Positions 51,940 through 64,000 of a stretch of 64,000 nucleotides of DNA are shown here, one piece after another. This stretch comes from Camelus ferus (lineage: Eukaryota). Location: NCBI RefSeq assembly GCF_009834535.1, contig NC_045697.1:90150001-90214000 (forward strand), in the 5' to 3' direction. A model generated the notes under the pieces. The model was not told the origin of the DNA. It did not search any database and saw only the letters and a program-made list of their open reading frames with translations. A program made the translations under genes and the position numbers. Positions within the stretch are counted from its first letter, which is position 1; each line of letters begins with the position of its first letter.

Positions 51940-52310
51940 AGACAGAAAAATGCTAAGTCTAAAGGAGGCCCTGAGCCTGGTGAAGAGTAGTCTGGAGACA
52001 TGCATGGGGAGCCATTTGCCTAGAGATGGTATTGAAGTTTTGAAACTAGATGAAATCACCCAGTTAGTGAATTAAATAGGAAAGAAAAGAGCAGGACTGA
52101 GCCCTGGGAAGATTCAGAAGCACCATGTAAGACTTGAAGAGTGTCTAGAAAGAGGAAAATAGGGAGTATATCTTATCCTTGAAGCCAAGAGGGCATAAAA
52201 AATATTTTAAGGAGTATTTACGACATTATTCAAATTCTACTACTGGGTCAAATAAGAAGACGGAGAAAAAGCCCATTGGGTTCAGCAGCATGGAGATCAT
52301 TGATGACTTC
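51940..52310 (-). mobile_element. L2 LINE fragment
   Basis: ctggagaca...tagatgaaatcacccag...aggactgagccctggg...ggtcaaataagaagacggag. Confidence 0.8.
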
Positions 52311-52314
52311 AAAT

Positions 52315-52510
52315 ACCCAGGGCAGACGGTCGAAGTCCTAGTTTCACTACTGATTAGCTATGTGACTATGAGCAGTCTTTGATTTCTCATCTCTCAAAAC
52401 ATGATGATGATGATGATGGTGACGATGATAAATCCTAACTCGAAGTGTTATTATGCAAATTAAATAACATATATTAAATGATCAACACAGCACCTGTCAC
52501 ATCATAAGTT
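52315..52510 (+). mobile_element. MIR SINE
   Basis: tcactactgattagctatgtgactatgagc...tttctcatct...aaattaaataac...cacagcacctg. Confidence 0.7.
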
Positions 52511-54404
52511 TTCGAATATAACCTTTTAGTCCTGGAAGAGTAAGGAGAGGTCAAAGGCAAATCAGTTCTTTCTCACACAGGCACTATGAGATATTTAATA
52601 GTTGTTTCACCACATCCATCAAACTTGTTCTTCAGCTTCACAACTCTTCTGTTCTCTTCCCCTAATTCCTAAAAGTTATTCTCTCTAATATAGTTACTCA
52701 TTTACAAAATTAAACTTCATGGCATTTTCCTGAGGAAAAGCAACATGTTTTCTACATAGCTCCAGTTGCTTTTTAAGCAAATATATTTCAGTACAAGAAG
52801 TGAAGAAGCCAAACATCTCTTTTTCATCTATAACTCAAACCCCAAGGTACTACTACCATCCTAAACAGTTTTCAGTTAGTGCTGAATACATAAGCACACA
52901 GTAAATATGCATATGCAGTAACAGTGGAGTATGTAGCCTCCAAATTTACTGTACCTAATAAAATTGTGTGCTGGAACAGTCCTATCTGCCCACCATATGT
53001 CTATGGTAGAATGCTGGTGACCTAATGAAAAACTTTAATTCCCATTTGACATTCTTCATAGTAGTAATCCCTGTGCTGACAGGTGGCTAGTAATTTCAAA
53101 ACTAATTATGGAGATACTACCTGCAGATGTTTGGGAATGTACTACAAATTCTTGTAAATGGGTACCATAGGAGTATGTGGAAAATGATAGCTAATATAAC
53201 TTTTATTATAAAGAGACACATTCTCCTCAGGAACATCTGGAAGATCTTGTGTGTGAAAGAATTAGAGGTGGGTAACAGGGCCCATACAGAGAACCTTGGC
53301 ACTTCATAAGTATACACAGCTTCATGGTGTCAGCAAGACACTGATTTGGTGCAAGGATTCTAAGTCTTCACCCTGCATCACCTCCCTCTTGGGCTCAACT
53401 TCAGGACAGGAGCCAGATACATAATTCCTCCCTTTTCTTTTTCCAACAAAAGGAACAAACTAGGACAATATATCAAGTTTATAACTGCTAACAAAAGTCA
53501 ATGGGTGTGCATGGATATATTTTCTGCCTAAAAGTGTTCTTTAAATGAAATGTTCTGCATGTAGCTGGAATGTTAACTGTTGGTTATTCAGCTTCTCAAA
53601 AGATAACAGTCTCAAAAAAGTACAAGCATTATTTGTCAGCAGCTGCATTTTGCTAAACAAATTTAAATAATGTCTATTTATACAGAAAGCACAGAGTACT
53701 GTCCAAAGGCAGATTCCTACTAGTTCTGATTGTATTTGACATTATTTCTTAAATTATGAAATGCTTCAGCAGACTCTATTTCTGCCATGGTTAGATCTTT
53801 CACTATTAATGATAAAATAATCCATGTAAGGTGTGTGGATCAATGCATTATATGCATAATTTGTTCCCCAGTGATTCCATGTTTCTTAAACTATCTCTCT
53901 TTAAAGCTTGTACTTTTTACTTTTGTAAACAAAAGAGTTTTGTCTATAAAACTGCCCTGCAGTCTATACTAGAGATCATACATCTGAAATAAAATATTTA
54001 AACATTTATTCTTTGTATTATAGCAGTAAATTCTATTTAAAAATAGTCATGGCCCTTGCTAACAGTATTTTTTACAATTTGAAGTCAAAAATTACTAACC
54101 AAATGATTCGATTACTCATAAATGCCAGCTCTTTTTTGGAGATATTAAATATCATAAATTACATTTGTATGGAACTTTGTGAAGCACTTTTACACTTTTT
54201 ATGATTTAGGTTTCACTACAATCTAGTGAAATAGCTAGGGTTGATGTTTCTGGTTTCATCATCCATGAAACTGGAGTTCAGCAAAATAAAACAGCTTTTA
54301 GGATTACATGACTAATACACACACAAACCAGGGAGAAACCAACTGAGACTTTCTGGTTCCTAGCTGATTGCTTTGGACAATTCATGAAGCTTCTTCAGCA
54401 AAAA

Positions 54405-54465
54405 TCATCATCATCATCATCCTCCTCCTCTTCCTCCTCCTCCTCCTCATCATCATCATCACCAC
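54405..54465. repeat. Compound trinucleotide microsatellite (CAT)n-(CCT)n-(CAT)n
   Basis: Directly visible. Confidence 0.95.
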
Positions 54466-54528
54466 AATCTAAAAGACAGACTTTACCTCCAAAATGTTCA
54501 GCTCTTTCTCAGAGTTATTCATACTGAT

Positions 54529-55122
54529 TTTGGGGTATTAAAGAATTAACCTTACTCAAAGAAATGTCTGCTTTTGCCCTCTTTGACTAGGAGGTGTTCT
54601 CTAGGAAGAATGTCTTTACTTACTTGGGGCCCCGACCACCTAACAGTCTAACGATGTGAATCATCATGGGAGTTTTGGGCCCTGTAGTAACAATACTACC
54701 TCCAGGAGGGATGACGACAGAAGGTCAACTATGTGGGCAGTAAACCATGGAGCCCCAATAAAATTCTGGACATTAAGGCTCAGACAAGCTTCCTCAGTTA
54801 GCGATACTCTGTATTATCACACATCGTTGCTGGCTGTCTACGACTCCAGGGGCAGAGGACAGCTGGAAGCTCCATGTTTGGAATGCTCCTGGACTCTGCC
54901 CCATACACTTCTTCCTTTGGATGATTTTAATCTGTATCCTTTCACTGCGATACACTACAACTGTTGACTGTAAGAGCTTTCAGTGAGTTCTGTGATCTTA
55001 GCAAATTTTTGAACCTGAAAGGAGAACCTTCTTGGGAACCCCCAAATTTGTGATTAGTATCAGAAGTAAGGGTAGTCTTGTGAACTATACTCTCTAACTT
55101 TGCATTAGGCTAACTTCTCACA
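54529..55122 (+). mobile_element. MER21-like LTR
   Basis: ttaaccttactcaaaga...gccccaataaaattctggaca...gattttaatctgtatcctttc...cagtgagttctgtg. Confidence 0.75.
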
Positions 55123-56329
55123 TTCAGATGAATGTAGTATTTCTTCAAATGATCAACTGATTAGTTCTTATGCTGAAAAGAACCCCACTTTAATTTCATA
55201 AGGAATATTTGATTTATTTTAAAAAAAATTTTGTGAGTATTACTAGGATTTTGACTCCACCAATACGGAAAAGAAGCACTCGAATGTAATATACAGTGTT
55301 TTCTCTCTCAACAGTAGTCTAATTTCTTTGTTATGATAGAATAAACCCAAGCTACAATATAATGCCAAATATTATGTGTACAATGGTTCTTTTATCTCTG
55401 TTACAACTAGCCAACAAGGCTATGTGTCATTTCCTCTGGCAAAGCATTAAGTCAGTTTTGTTTTTTTTTTTCAGAAAATTTTGGGCAGCACAAGTCAACC
55501 AAAGTAGTAAAAGAATACCCAGCAGTTAAGCCCCTAAAAATACTGAGAAAACTAAGAAACTGATACCCATATGTATAACAAATCCAACTTGGAAAGTGCG
55601 TAAGTCAGTTCATAAAGTTTTACATATTACTTGAGCTCAGAACTCCAGGACCTACGCTGCACGTGCATCACTTGATTCCTCTTTTTCCAATAAGAAGAAA
55701 TGAAATAAGATCTTTAATCCCTTAAGAACCTATGTGCTCTAAACATCTTTGTAAATAGAGTTTCTTGTTACAGTGACCACTGAATATCCTTTTAGGCTTT
55801 AGAATATGCCAGAAATATAAGCTTTTCTACTGGAAAGATACCTAAAATGAAGAAACTATGAGAGATTTAAATTTCTAGGAAGACATCAGTGAGCTTCCTA
55901 AAATGTCCTCAACGTGACTTCAATTAAAGGAAAAAACTTCAAAACAAATCTCTTTTCCCAGTATTTCAAAATAATAATAAAGGCAAAGTATCTCTAATTA
56001 TTATTAGTCTAAAACAACACTAATTTAAGGCCTAAAATATATACAACTTACTAGAGATGTGCAGTCATCCAAGCAGTATCATCTCATTTAAGTTTCTCTT
56101 GTCATCAGAGAACATGTTATATACATTCTTATGTAAGTTTTGATATTGAGTAAACAAATGTATTATATCCTCCTTTTTAAGTAACATGACTTTGATTTTC
56201 TTCATGAGGCAGTGATTGATAATATTGACTAATAAGCCACAGAACAGTGCTTAAGGAGGAGACATCAAAATTGTATGATAATCTGAAAGAGCCCCAATAA
56301 GCATCTGAAAACAACTAACCCACACTTAC

Positions 56330-56391
56330 TTAAAGGCTGCTTGTTCTCTTTCAAGTTGTTGTTGGTCAAATTGATTTTTTTTCCTCTTAGC
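56330..56391 (-). other. Candidate 62-nt internal exon of the unidentified host gene
   Basis: Acceptor ttttttcctctttttttgcag|G; donor TAA|gtaagt; purine-rich; open in two frames. Confidence 0.5.
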
Positions 56392-56899
56392 CTGCAAAAA
56401 AAGAGGAAAAAACTGATGCCAAAGTGATTATTGTGTCTTCAGTATCATCTGGAGCAAATACAAAAGAACCAAACAGGGAACACTCCTCGACTGAAAAAGG
56501 GAGGTCTGCATCAGTAGCATTTACACTCTGTTACTACACAGAGGTTCCAGTCAAGCAGAAGGTATAACATTTTACATCCATGAGCACAAGTGTTTCTCTT
56601 TATAGGCCTTTTCCTTTACAGACTCATGAATCTGTGAGAACAACAGACTTTATGAGGATTTTCCATGGGAAAATGTTCATGAATTTTAGTAACGGCCCAG
56701 TTATCATTTCATCAGTATCCCACTGAATTTCATTGTAAGGCCAAGGCTAGCAACTTCCTATTAGAAATGCAGATAAAGAAATTGGTGCAAAAGGCTTTCA
56801 TATCTTTGATTAGAAAATCATTTCTCACAAACTCTTTCCTTACAATCTTTCATCCTCTGCTCTTCTCTTCCCCAATTTTTTTTCTTTTTCCAAATAGCA

Positions 56900-57130
56900 A
56901 ACCCCTGCTCTTTGCACAAGAGTCAGGTCAAATATCACATTCTCTGAAGCTCTCCCAGACAAAACTCTGCCTTCCCCCATGAAGTCATCATACCATCCTT
57001 ACTACTCCTTTAATAATTAGTGCCTAGCTCTATTAGCACTTACACCCCTATATTGTAGTTATTTGCTACATCTTTTTGATTTTTGTATCCTCAGCACTTA
57101 GCAGAGCCACAGAACAGGCATTCAGCCAAT
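56900..57130 (+). mobile_element. L2 3' end
   Basis: tcaaatatcacattctctgaagc...ttgtatcctcagcacttagcacagag-like terminus. Confidence 0.7.
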
Positions 57131-58398
57131 CTTTATGATACTAGTATTTAAATAGGTGAAAGAAAGAAAGAAAAAATGCCCCTGAGATTACGGTTAGTTT
57201 TATGTATAATTATATCCAGAAAACACTGATAGCCATGAACATTAATATGGATTACAAAAATTTTTTACACTAAGAAAGAAGCAAATAGAATTTCAAGTAA
57301 TTTCTGCTATAAAAAAAACCCAAATAGCAGTATTAAATTCCTACATATAATAGGACAAAACTGAGCACATATGAAAGACATTTTTCTTCCATCCTCAAGT
57401 TGTTCAATATCCATCATCACTTTAATAGTCCTGATTATAATCCAAATGGTGCATCTGACTTAATCACCTAAAAACAATATGGCCAGCACGTGAGGAAGAA
57501 AAAGTGGGTAAAATATTCCAGGGGAATGGAATAATTCTTACTGAACTCAAGGTTTTGGATTCTTAGGTTATGCAAATACTGAAACCACATCAAAAACAAT
57601 CCTGTTTCACAGACTCATGGAATCACTGAACCATTGACTTGCATTGAGAGAACAGATTGGGAAGTGAGAAGTCAAAATGCACACAAATATTTACAATGTG
57701 AATTAAGCCTCCTTTACTTTACAAATAAAAAAATAAACTAATGCCCAGAGACACTGAGTGACCTATAGAAGATCACCCTCCTTGTTGACTCTGGTCACAT
57801 TAATGAAAGGGTGCTGAGATAGCCTGAAAGGTCCATACAACAATTTTATTCTGCCATCTCCCACCAAAACCTCTGAGCATGCAGCTTGATGGCTACCATT
57901 TGTACATTCATATAAGAAGGGCTGAGATCCTTTATACTGGATAGAGCAGCTCCCACATAATAGAATGCTGACATATTCTACCAGGAGTAACCTTCCTCAG
58001 AAGATACGGAAAGTAACTGATCTTATAAGATAATATGGCAAAGTTTGGGTGCTGATAATTTATTCTAATATTTTTATAAGCCTGTTCTACTCTTACAGTA
58101 ATATCTCATTTATATGTTTATTAGCATCATTCTGAGTCATTACCACAGACTTCACTACTTGCCCTAACCAGCCTTCTCACAAATATGGGCACCTACTGAC
58201 AGGTTTACTAAACAAGAGTTTTCACTTTGCCAAAACCTTCCCATTGAAAAATCTCTGCTAATAATGGGTCAGAAACAGTAAATGGTTCTTGTGGAGGATT
58301 TTCTGTGTGTTTGTTAATAATTGCTTAATTCTCTTAAGATTACTTATCACAATCTAGTGATGTTTTTCTTGTAGTATTTGAATATTAATAAAATTACC

Positions 58399-58901
58399 TG
58401 TGGAACCATCAAAGAAAAATTGCACAAGTTAAACAACCAAAGATTTTATTCAAGACTATTACAATACGGGAGAGAGACTGAACTCAACTCTGCTGAAACA
58501 CAAGGCAGAAGACTACTTAAGCCCTATGGTGAGCTAATGGAAAAATCACTGGAGGACATTATTGAGGAGGTTGGCAGTATGATTAAATCATCTGTATTGC
58601 TAATTAGTTCTTATGGACATTAGATTCCCACCCTCCCGCACAGTCTGAGAGATATGGGTGCTCTCTTTTTTGATGATTACATTTAAAGGGGATGGTCCTA
58701 GGTCCTTGAGAAAGACATCCCTGGACTTTCAATTTGGCAAGAGGCTGGTAGAAGATTATATATCAAAGGGGCAGAGAATAAATTTACAATTAAAAATGTT
58801 CTATAGTGAATGCTTCAAGAAAAGGGAGATAGGAGCCTATATCAGGAACACACAAACCTAGAGTTTAGTCAACCTGAGGGTCATTAATATGTTGTACATC
58901 A
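58399..58901 (-). mobile_element. ERV1-class solo LTR (MER67-like)
   Basis: Minus strand ccctcaggttgactaaact...ttctctgcccctttga...ctttctcaaggacc...gttgagttcagtctctctccc...aataaa. Confidence 0.7.
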
Positions 58902-59289
58902 CTATCAGTTAAACTATAAAATCCTTATCCTAGTCATTCTTATTGAACAAGCACTAATGTGGGCCCAGGAAATTTTTAACAAACATTCTAGTGATTCTCA
59001 TGCAGGATTTTTATGGAATGGCCAACTGGTTTCAATTCTTATCAGTTGGTTGGGTTGTTTAATCCCTGTGTTGATGTTAGAGAAAACATTCAGGCTCAGA
59101 AAGAGGGCCATGATCTGGCGAATGGGTGCCATCTGCAATAAGCAAAGAATGGGCATGGGTAGAGTCTGGAGGCATACTGTGTAATTTCTATACTCACTGG
59201 GTGCTTCCCTATTGTACAACTCCCATCACTAGCCACTTAACTATTTCATTAAAAAAAAAAAAAGTTAAATCCTGTAGAATCTATTTGCT

Positions 59290-61760
59290 GAGTAATCCAG
59301 TGCTTTAAGTTACCCCTGAAACACTCCAACTTTAAAGAGGAGCTATGCAGCTTAAAATCTCTTGGCTGGCACAGAAAATTTTTCATTTGTAAATGAAAAT
59401 GCAGGAGCCTATTACCTTTTAGCCATTTCAGGAGGTACCAGAATATATTGGTAGATTTCCTCCAAAGTGCAAGACAAGATATTGAACCTTGAACCCACCT
59501 ACTATTTAAAAAGAGGTACAATGCTTGATGGGTCTGTTTGGATTTTGGAGGCAATATATACCATATTTGAGCACACTCTGAGACCCATTTATCGAGCAAC
59601 CTCAAAGGCTGTCAGCTGTAAGTGGAGCCTGGAGTAATAAAAAGCTCTGCAGCAGAACCAAGCTTCAGTACAAGTGGTCACTTGGACTTTACCCATATTC
59701 CTATGTCACCTACTCCTGCTTCATTGTCTCTTCTCCCCTAAACCACAAGCCATGCTTCATAGGGAATTACTTTTGATCATCTGAGTGAGGCAGAAAAAAA
59801 CCAGTTTTTAGATGGTTCTGCATAGTATTTCATCACAACCTGCAAATGGACTGCTACATTTACATACCCATCTAGCAATGCTCAGAAAGAAACTGGTGAG
59901 GTAATCCTCTTTATGAGTAGCACTTCAAGCAATTCACCTGGTTTTCAATTTTGTATAGACTGAGAAATGCATATCTAAAGTGGTCAGTAGCTAGATATCT
60001 AGCTCAACAGTCAAGTAATTTGAAAGAGCAGCACTAGAAGATTAATGACAAGGACTAAAGAGTAGCTGGAAGGACCTCTCAGAATGGGCCAAAGAGTGGG
60101 GATATTTGTTTCATGTGAATGTTCACAAAAGAGCATCACATGCAGAGGAGACTCTAATAATCCCGTAGACAAATGGTATGTTTTATGGATGGCATTCAGT
60201 CTCTTTAACCATCTAAGCACTTGCTAATCATTCAGTCTCTTAACTCACCATCTAAGTGCTTGCTAAAACAAAACAAAACACATAGAAAGAGACTTAGTAG
60301 CAAGAATAGAGGCTAAAAATGGGCTCAACAGCATGAAATTTCACTAAGGAGGTTTATCTGTCTACCAGTTTTGAGTATGTAACTTGCCAAAAGCAGAGAT
60401 GAAGGTTGAGTCCCCAAGATATCACTATTCCCTGAGGGACTCAATCAGCTACCTGATGGCAAGTGTAAACACTAGACCTTTTGCATAAGTAACATTACAT
60501 GGTTTGTCCTCTCTAGCATAGATACATTCTAGGTATTAATTTGCCTCCCTAGTCTACAATTCTGCCAGCACCAACATCATTAGACATATTGAATGCCTCA
60601 TTCACCATCACGGTACTCTGTATAACATTGCTACTGTCATGGACTCATTTAACCACAAAGGAAGCATGACAATGGGCTTATGCTGATGAATTCACTGATC
60701 CTAATATCTACCTCATTACCCAGAAGCACCCAGCTTGGCAGAATGGTAGAACAGCCAACTGAAGCCCAGCTTGTGGCATCAGTTGGCAGACAACCCTCTC
60801 AAAGAAATGAATTATGTCTTACAGAATGCCATATATACTGTGAGTCAACTATTTCTCCCATTGTTAGAATATATGGATTTGAGAATCAAGGGGAAGTGAG
60901 AGTGACTCCTTTCACTATTACAGTGAATACTTCACTAGGAGAATTTTTACTTCTGAACTCAGCAATTTTGAGTTATGCTAGCTTGCAAGTCTTAGTTTCC
61001 AAGATATAAATGATTCTACTAGAGAACAAACATTGGTTCTATGGAATTGAAAGTTGAGACCAGTTATTTTGAGCTCCTTATGACACTGGAACAACAGACA
61101 AAGATAAGAATTACTTTATTGGCTGGAATGATAGATTCTGATCATTAAGAGAAAATTAGGTTGCTGTTATACAATTGGAACAGGAAAGACTATATTTAGA
61201 ACATAGAGAATTCTCTGGGACATCCATTAAAAGTTCCATGTCCAATAGTAAAAGTTGATGGAAAATTACAGTAATTGAAAAAAAACCTGGGCCACTGAGA
61301 ATTCAAACACTTGGAAAATAAGAATTGTGGTCACTCTACAAGATAAAGAACATTGACTAGTAGAGGTACTGGTTAAAGGCAAAGGAAGACATATGGCCTT
61401 TTGATCACTTATAGAAATTAGAGTTGTAGTAGTACTTTTTCCTCCTTTCCCAGTATTATTTTATACAAGGACTGTTTTTTCTGGTTAACTTTCAAATTAG
61501 TCTTTGACTATAGATTATCCAAATAGATTGAGGGGTAATTAACATCCTCCAGTGATGGATATCAAGCTTTTGTCCTGGGACAGATGCTGAAACTTTGGGA
61601 ACATAGATCTCTTTTTGGAGAGAGAGGGAGAGCATCTTCCTTTATATGACAGTTATTTGTATCTTGTTAGGCTATGGCATTAAAATTATTACTGCTGTTT
61701 ACGGAAGTTCAAATATGGGTAGGAGGATGTGTTTGGATGTTAAGTAGCCAAAGGGGTAGG
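59290..61760 (+). mobile_element. ERV-L (ERV3-16A3-like) internal remnant: RT, RNase H, integrase, dUTPase-like region, PPT
   Basis: LMGLFGFWRQYIPYL (RT), YLITQKHPAW/HYPEAPSLAE-like integrase region, LLAGMIDSDH (dUTPase), PPT gtagccaaaggggtagg at ~61745-61760. Confidence 0.85.
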
Positions 61761-61761
61761 C

Positions 61762-62385
61762 TATAACTAGATATTAAGCTCCACATTCATATACTCTGCT
61801 TTATAATGCTGCAACTGGGGCTCAGCACACTGTACTTCCCCTTTGCCAGCTGCTTCTCTAGTTAGTACGAAGTTCTACAGTAGAGACAATAAACTGGAAG
61901 GCAAGAAGGGGAGGGTATTAACTTGTTCCTCTTGCTTTTGCTCTTCCTGAAACTGTACTTCACCCCCGGCAGCAGAGGTTTGTTCCAGCAAGAGTTGGTT
62001 CTAACCACAGTCCCAGAATCAGCCTTACCATACCACCTTAAATGTAACAGTATCAGGTGGGCAGCGCCTTTCCTTAAGTGGTCTGAGTCCCATTTCCACG
62101 GGTCCTTCCAAAGCAGCTGTGTACCCCTCTCTTCTCAGATCTTGGGCTTCTAGGGTTCTGGAGTTCTTGGGTTGTAAGATTTTAGGTTCTGCTGATTCTA
62201 ACTTCTTCACTTGATCTCCCCGTTCCCAAGATGGTGGCTACTTCCTGTAGTTATCACTTTCATGTTCTCTAAGTGCCTCCTTTTTGCCTTGTCAGTCAGC
62301 CTAACTCCTGATGAACCGCTTTCCATATCACAATGTCTCTGTTAAAATAACTAGTGTGGTTTCTGTTTTCTAATCTTGATAAACT
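61762..62385 (+). mobile_element. LTR41-like ERV-L 3' LTR
   Basis: Directly follows the PPT; atactctgctttataatgctg...cctttgccagctg...ctgttaaaataactagtgtggtttctgttttc. Confidence 0.75.
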
Positions 62386-62544
62386 GGAATATTAAATAAA
62401 AGATCAGATACATTTTTCTGTCCAAAATGTATATGAAAGCATATTTTACAGAAAATGATACCATCTATTACCACTTGAGTAAATTTGATAACTACCTGAA
62501 AATAAAAGATTTGGGTTAAATTTAAGTAAAAGTTTTCTCATATA

Positions 62545-63479
62545 ACTATTTTCCAGTTGCTGAGGCCAAAAAGCTTAGAATCACCCTTTGCTTTTTTTGT
62601 TCTCACGCCCTACAAGTAACCAGTTAGAAAATCTCATTGCTCCTAATGAATAAATATAGCTAGAGTCCAATCGCTCTTATCACTTTCACGGTTACTACTT
62701 TGGACAGTGGTTCTCAACTCTGGCTGCACATTGAAATCACTGGGAAGATTTTAAATTACCAATGCTTGGCCATACCCACAAATATTCTTATTAGTTGTTC
62801 TGGGTTTGGCCTTAGAGTTGGTATTTTTTTAAGTTCCTTGAGAGGAGACAAGGTTGAAAAGTGGTGACCCTCAGTTAAGCCACCATCTTTCTAAAATGTA
62901 TTATTATAACAGTCCCTGTCTAGTTTCACAGCTTCTGTTTTTTTCTCTCCCTAACACTAAAGCCTACTCTCCATAATGCAGCAGAGTGATTTTTTTTAAT
63001 GTACATGGTAGTCCAATGGCTTCCATTACAGAGTAAAATATATCTCCTGACCATAGCCTATAGGCCTTATATGATCTAGCCTCAGTGACCTCTCGCCACC
63101 TTCTCCCTCTCTCACCATCCTCCAGCACTGGTCTCTTTCAGTTTTTTTAACACATCAGTCATGCTCTAGTCTCAGGGTCTTTGCTGCTGTACTTTGCAGG
63201 AAGCCATATGACTTCCTTGTCACTTCTTTGAGGTCTCTATTTTAACATCAACTTTTTTCAGAGAGGACCTTCCTGAACATCCTATATAAACAGTCCTCCC
63301 AGCCTGTCATTCACTATCTTCTTTACCCTGCTCTACTTTTCTTCTCAGAACTAACCATTTCCTGACATTGTATTATGCCTTCTCCAATAGGATATAAGTT
63401 CCATAAGGTAACAACTTTGTGGCATTCACTTCTGTATTTCAAGTGTCTGGACAGTGTACAACACAAAACAGGCACTCAA
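62545..63479 (+). mobile_element. L2 LINE 3' portion, interrupted by MER5
   Basis: ccagttgctgaggccaaaa...ccaatggcttcc...cctcagggtctttgc-like...aagttccataagg...aggcactcaa. Confidence 0.85.
62705..62867. mobile_element. MER5A-like hAT-Charlie MITE
   Basis: cagtggttctcaactctggctgcacattgaaatcactggg...aaggttgaaaagtggtg. Confidence 0.85.
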
Positions 63480-64000
63480 GAAAGTCAACCAAGATGATGA
63501 CATAGGAGGCTCCTGAGTTCCCCTCCTCCCACAAATGGACAGCTACACACAGAGCAACTCCCTCTGAAAAAGATCCAAAAATTAGCTGAGCAATTCTTCT
63601 ACACTGAAAGAATGTGAAATATCCACAGCAAAATGGTAAGGAAGGCTGAGATATGTTCTGGCCAGAAATCATGCTCCTGACACAGTGCCACAGAATCAGG
63701 ACAGAACCCCTATCTCTTAGCTTCTCCCTGAGGAGCAAAGGGTTTAGACACCACATCTTCAAATTTTAAGATACCCACTGGAGGGAAGGGTACCCCAAAC
63801 TCCCATCCCTGAAAGCCAATATGGCTTGTGCCCATAAGACCCACAAAGCTCTAAAAAACTAAGAAACAACTCAACTTGTACATGAGCACATACTCCAGGT
63901 GTCAACAGATAAAAGGATAAAGAAAATGTAGTGTATTTACACAATGGTATACTATTCAGCCATAAGAAAGAATAAAATCTTGTCATTTGCAACAACACTG
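63480..64000 (+). mobile_element. L1 5' UTR fused directly to ORF2 end/3' UTR (runs off the window)
   Basis: ccaagatga...gctcctgagttcccctcctcccac (5' UTR) to ~63900, then caacagat...ggataaagaaaatgt...actattcagccataa...tcatttgcaacaac. Confidence 0.8.

Noticed and set aside
1..64000. CRISPR arrays, prokaryotic operons, tRNA/rRNA genes, intact retroviral ORFs
   Set aside because: None seen; the sequence is mammalian and all viral or L1 coding remnants are truncated or disrupted.

Overview
AT-rich, CpG-depleted eutherian genomic DNA, most likely camelid (alpaca, llama or camel). That call rests on the 3' UTRs of the youngest L1 copies and the absence of recognisable Alu, Bov-tA/ART2A, PRE-1 or SINEC elements. 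I recognise no intact protein-coding gene, RNA gene or CRISPR array. The window is a mosaic of ancient repeats (MIR, L2, L3/CR1, hAT-type MER elements, MaLR/ERV-L/ERV1 LTRs, three ERV-L internal remnants) and L1 fragments. It is probably intronic sequence of a large minus-strand gene that I cannot name: the best splice-site pairs are on the minus strand and most of the longer L1 copies are on the plus strand. The only ORF-track entries with a recognisable identity derive from L1 ORF2 or ERV-L pol. I did not find a convincing new biological system. The best leads are several minus-strand candidate micro/alternative exons, a candidate recursive splice site, two promoter-like unique islands (16.3-16.7 kb and 38.4-38.8 kb), a miRNA-sized hairpin, a ~140-bp locally templated insertion and three structurally odd L1 insertions. 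Repeat family names come from visual recall of consensus sequences, and boundaries are approximate unless a TSD is quoted.
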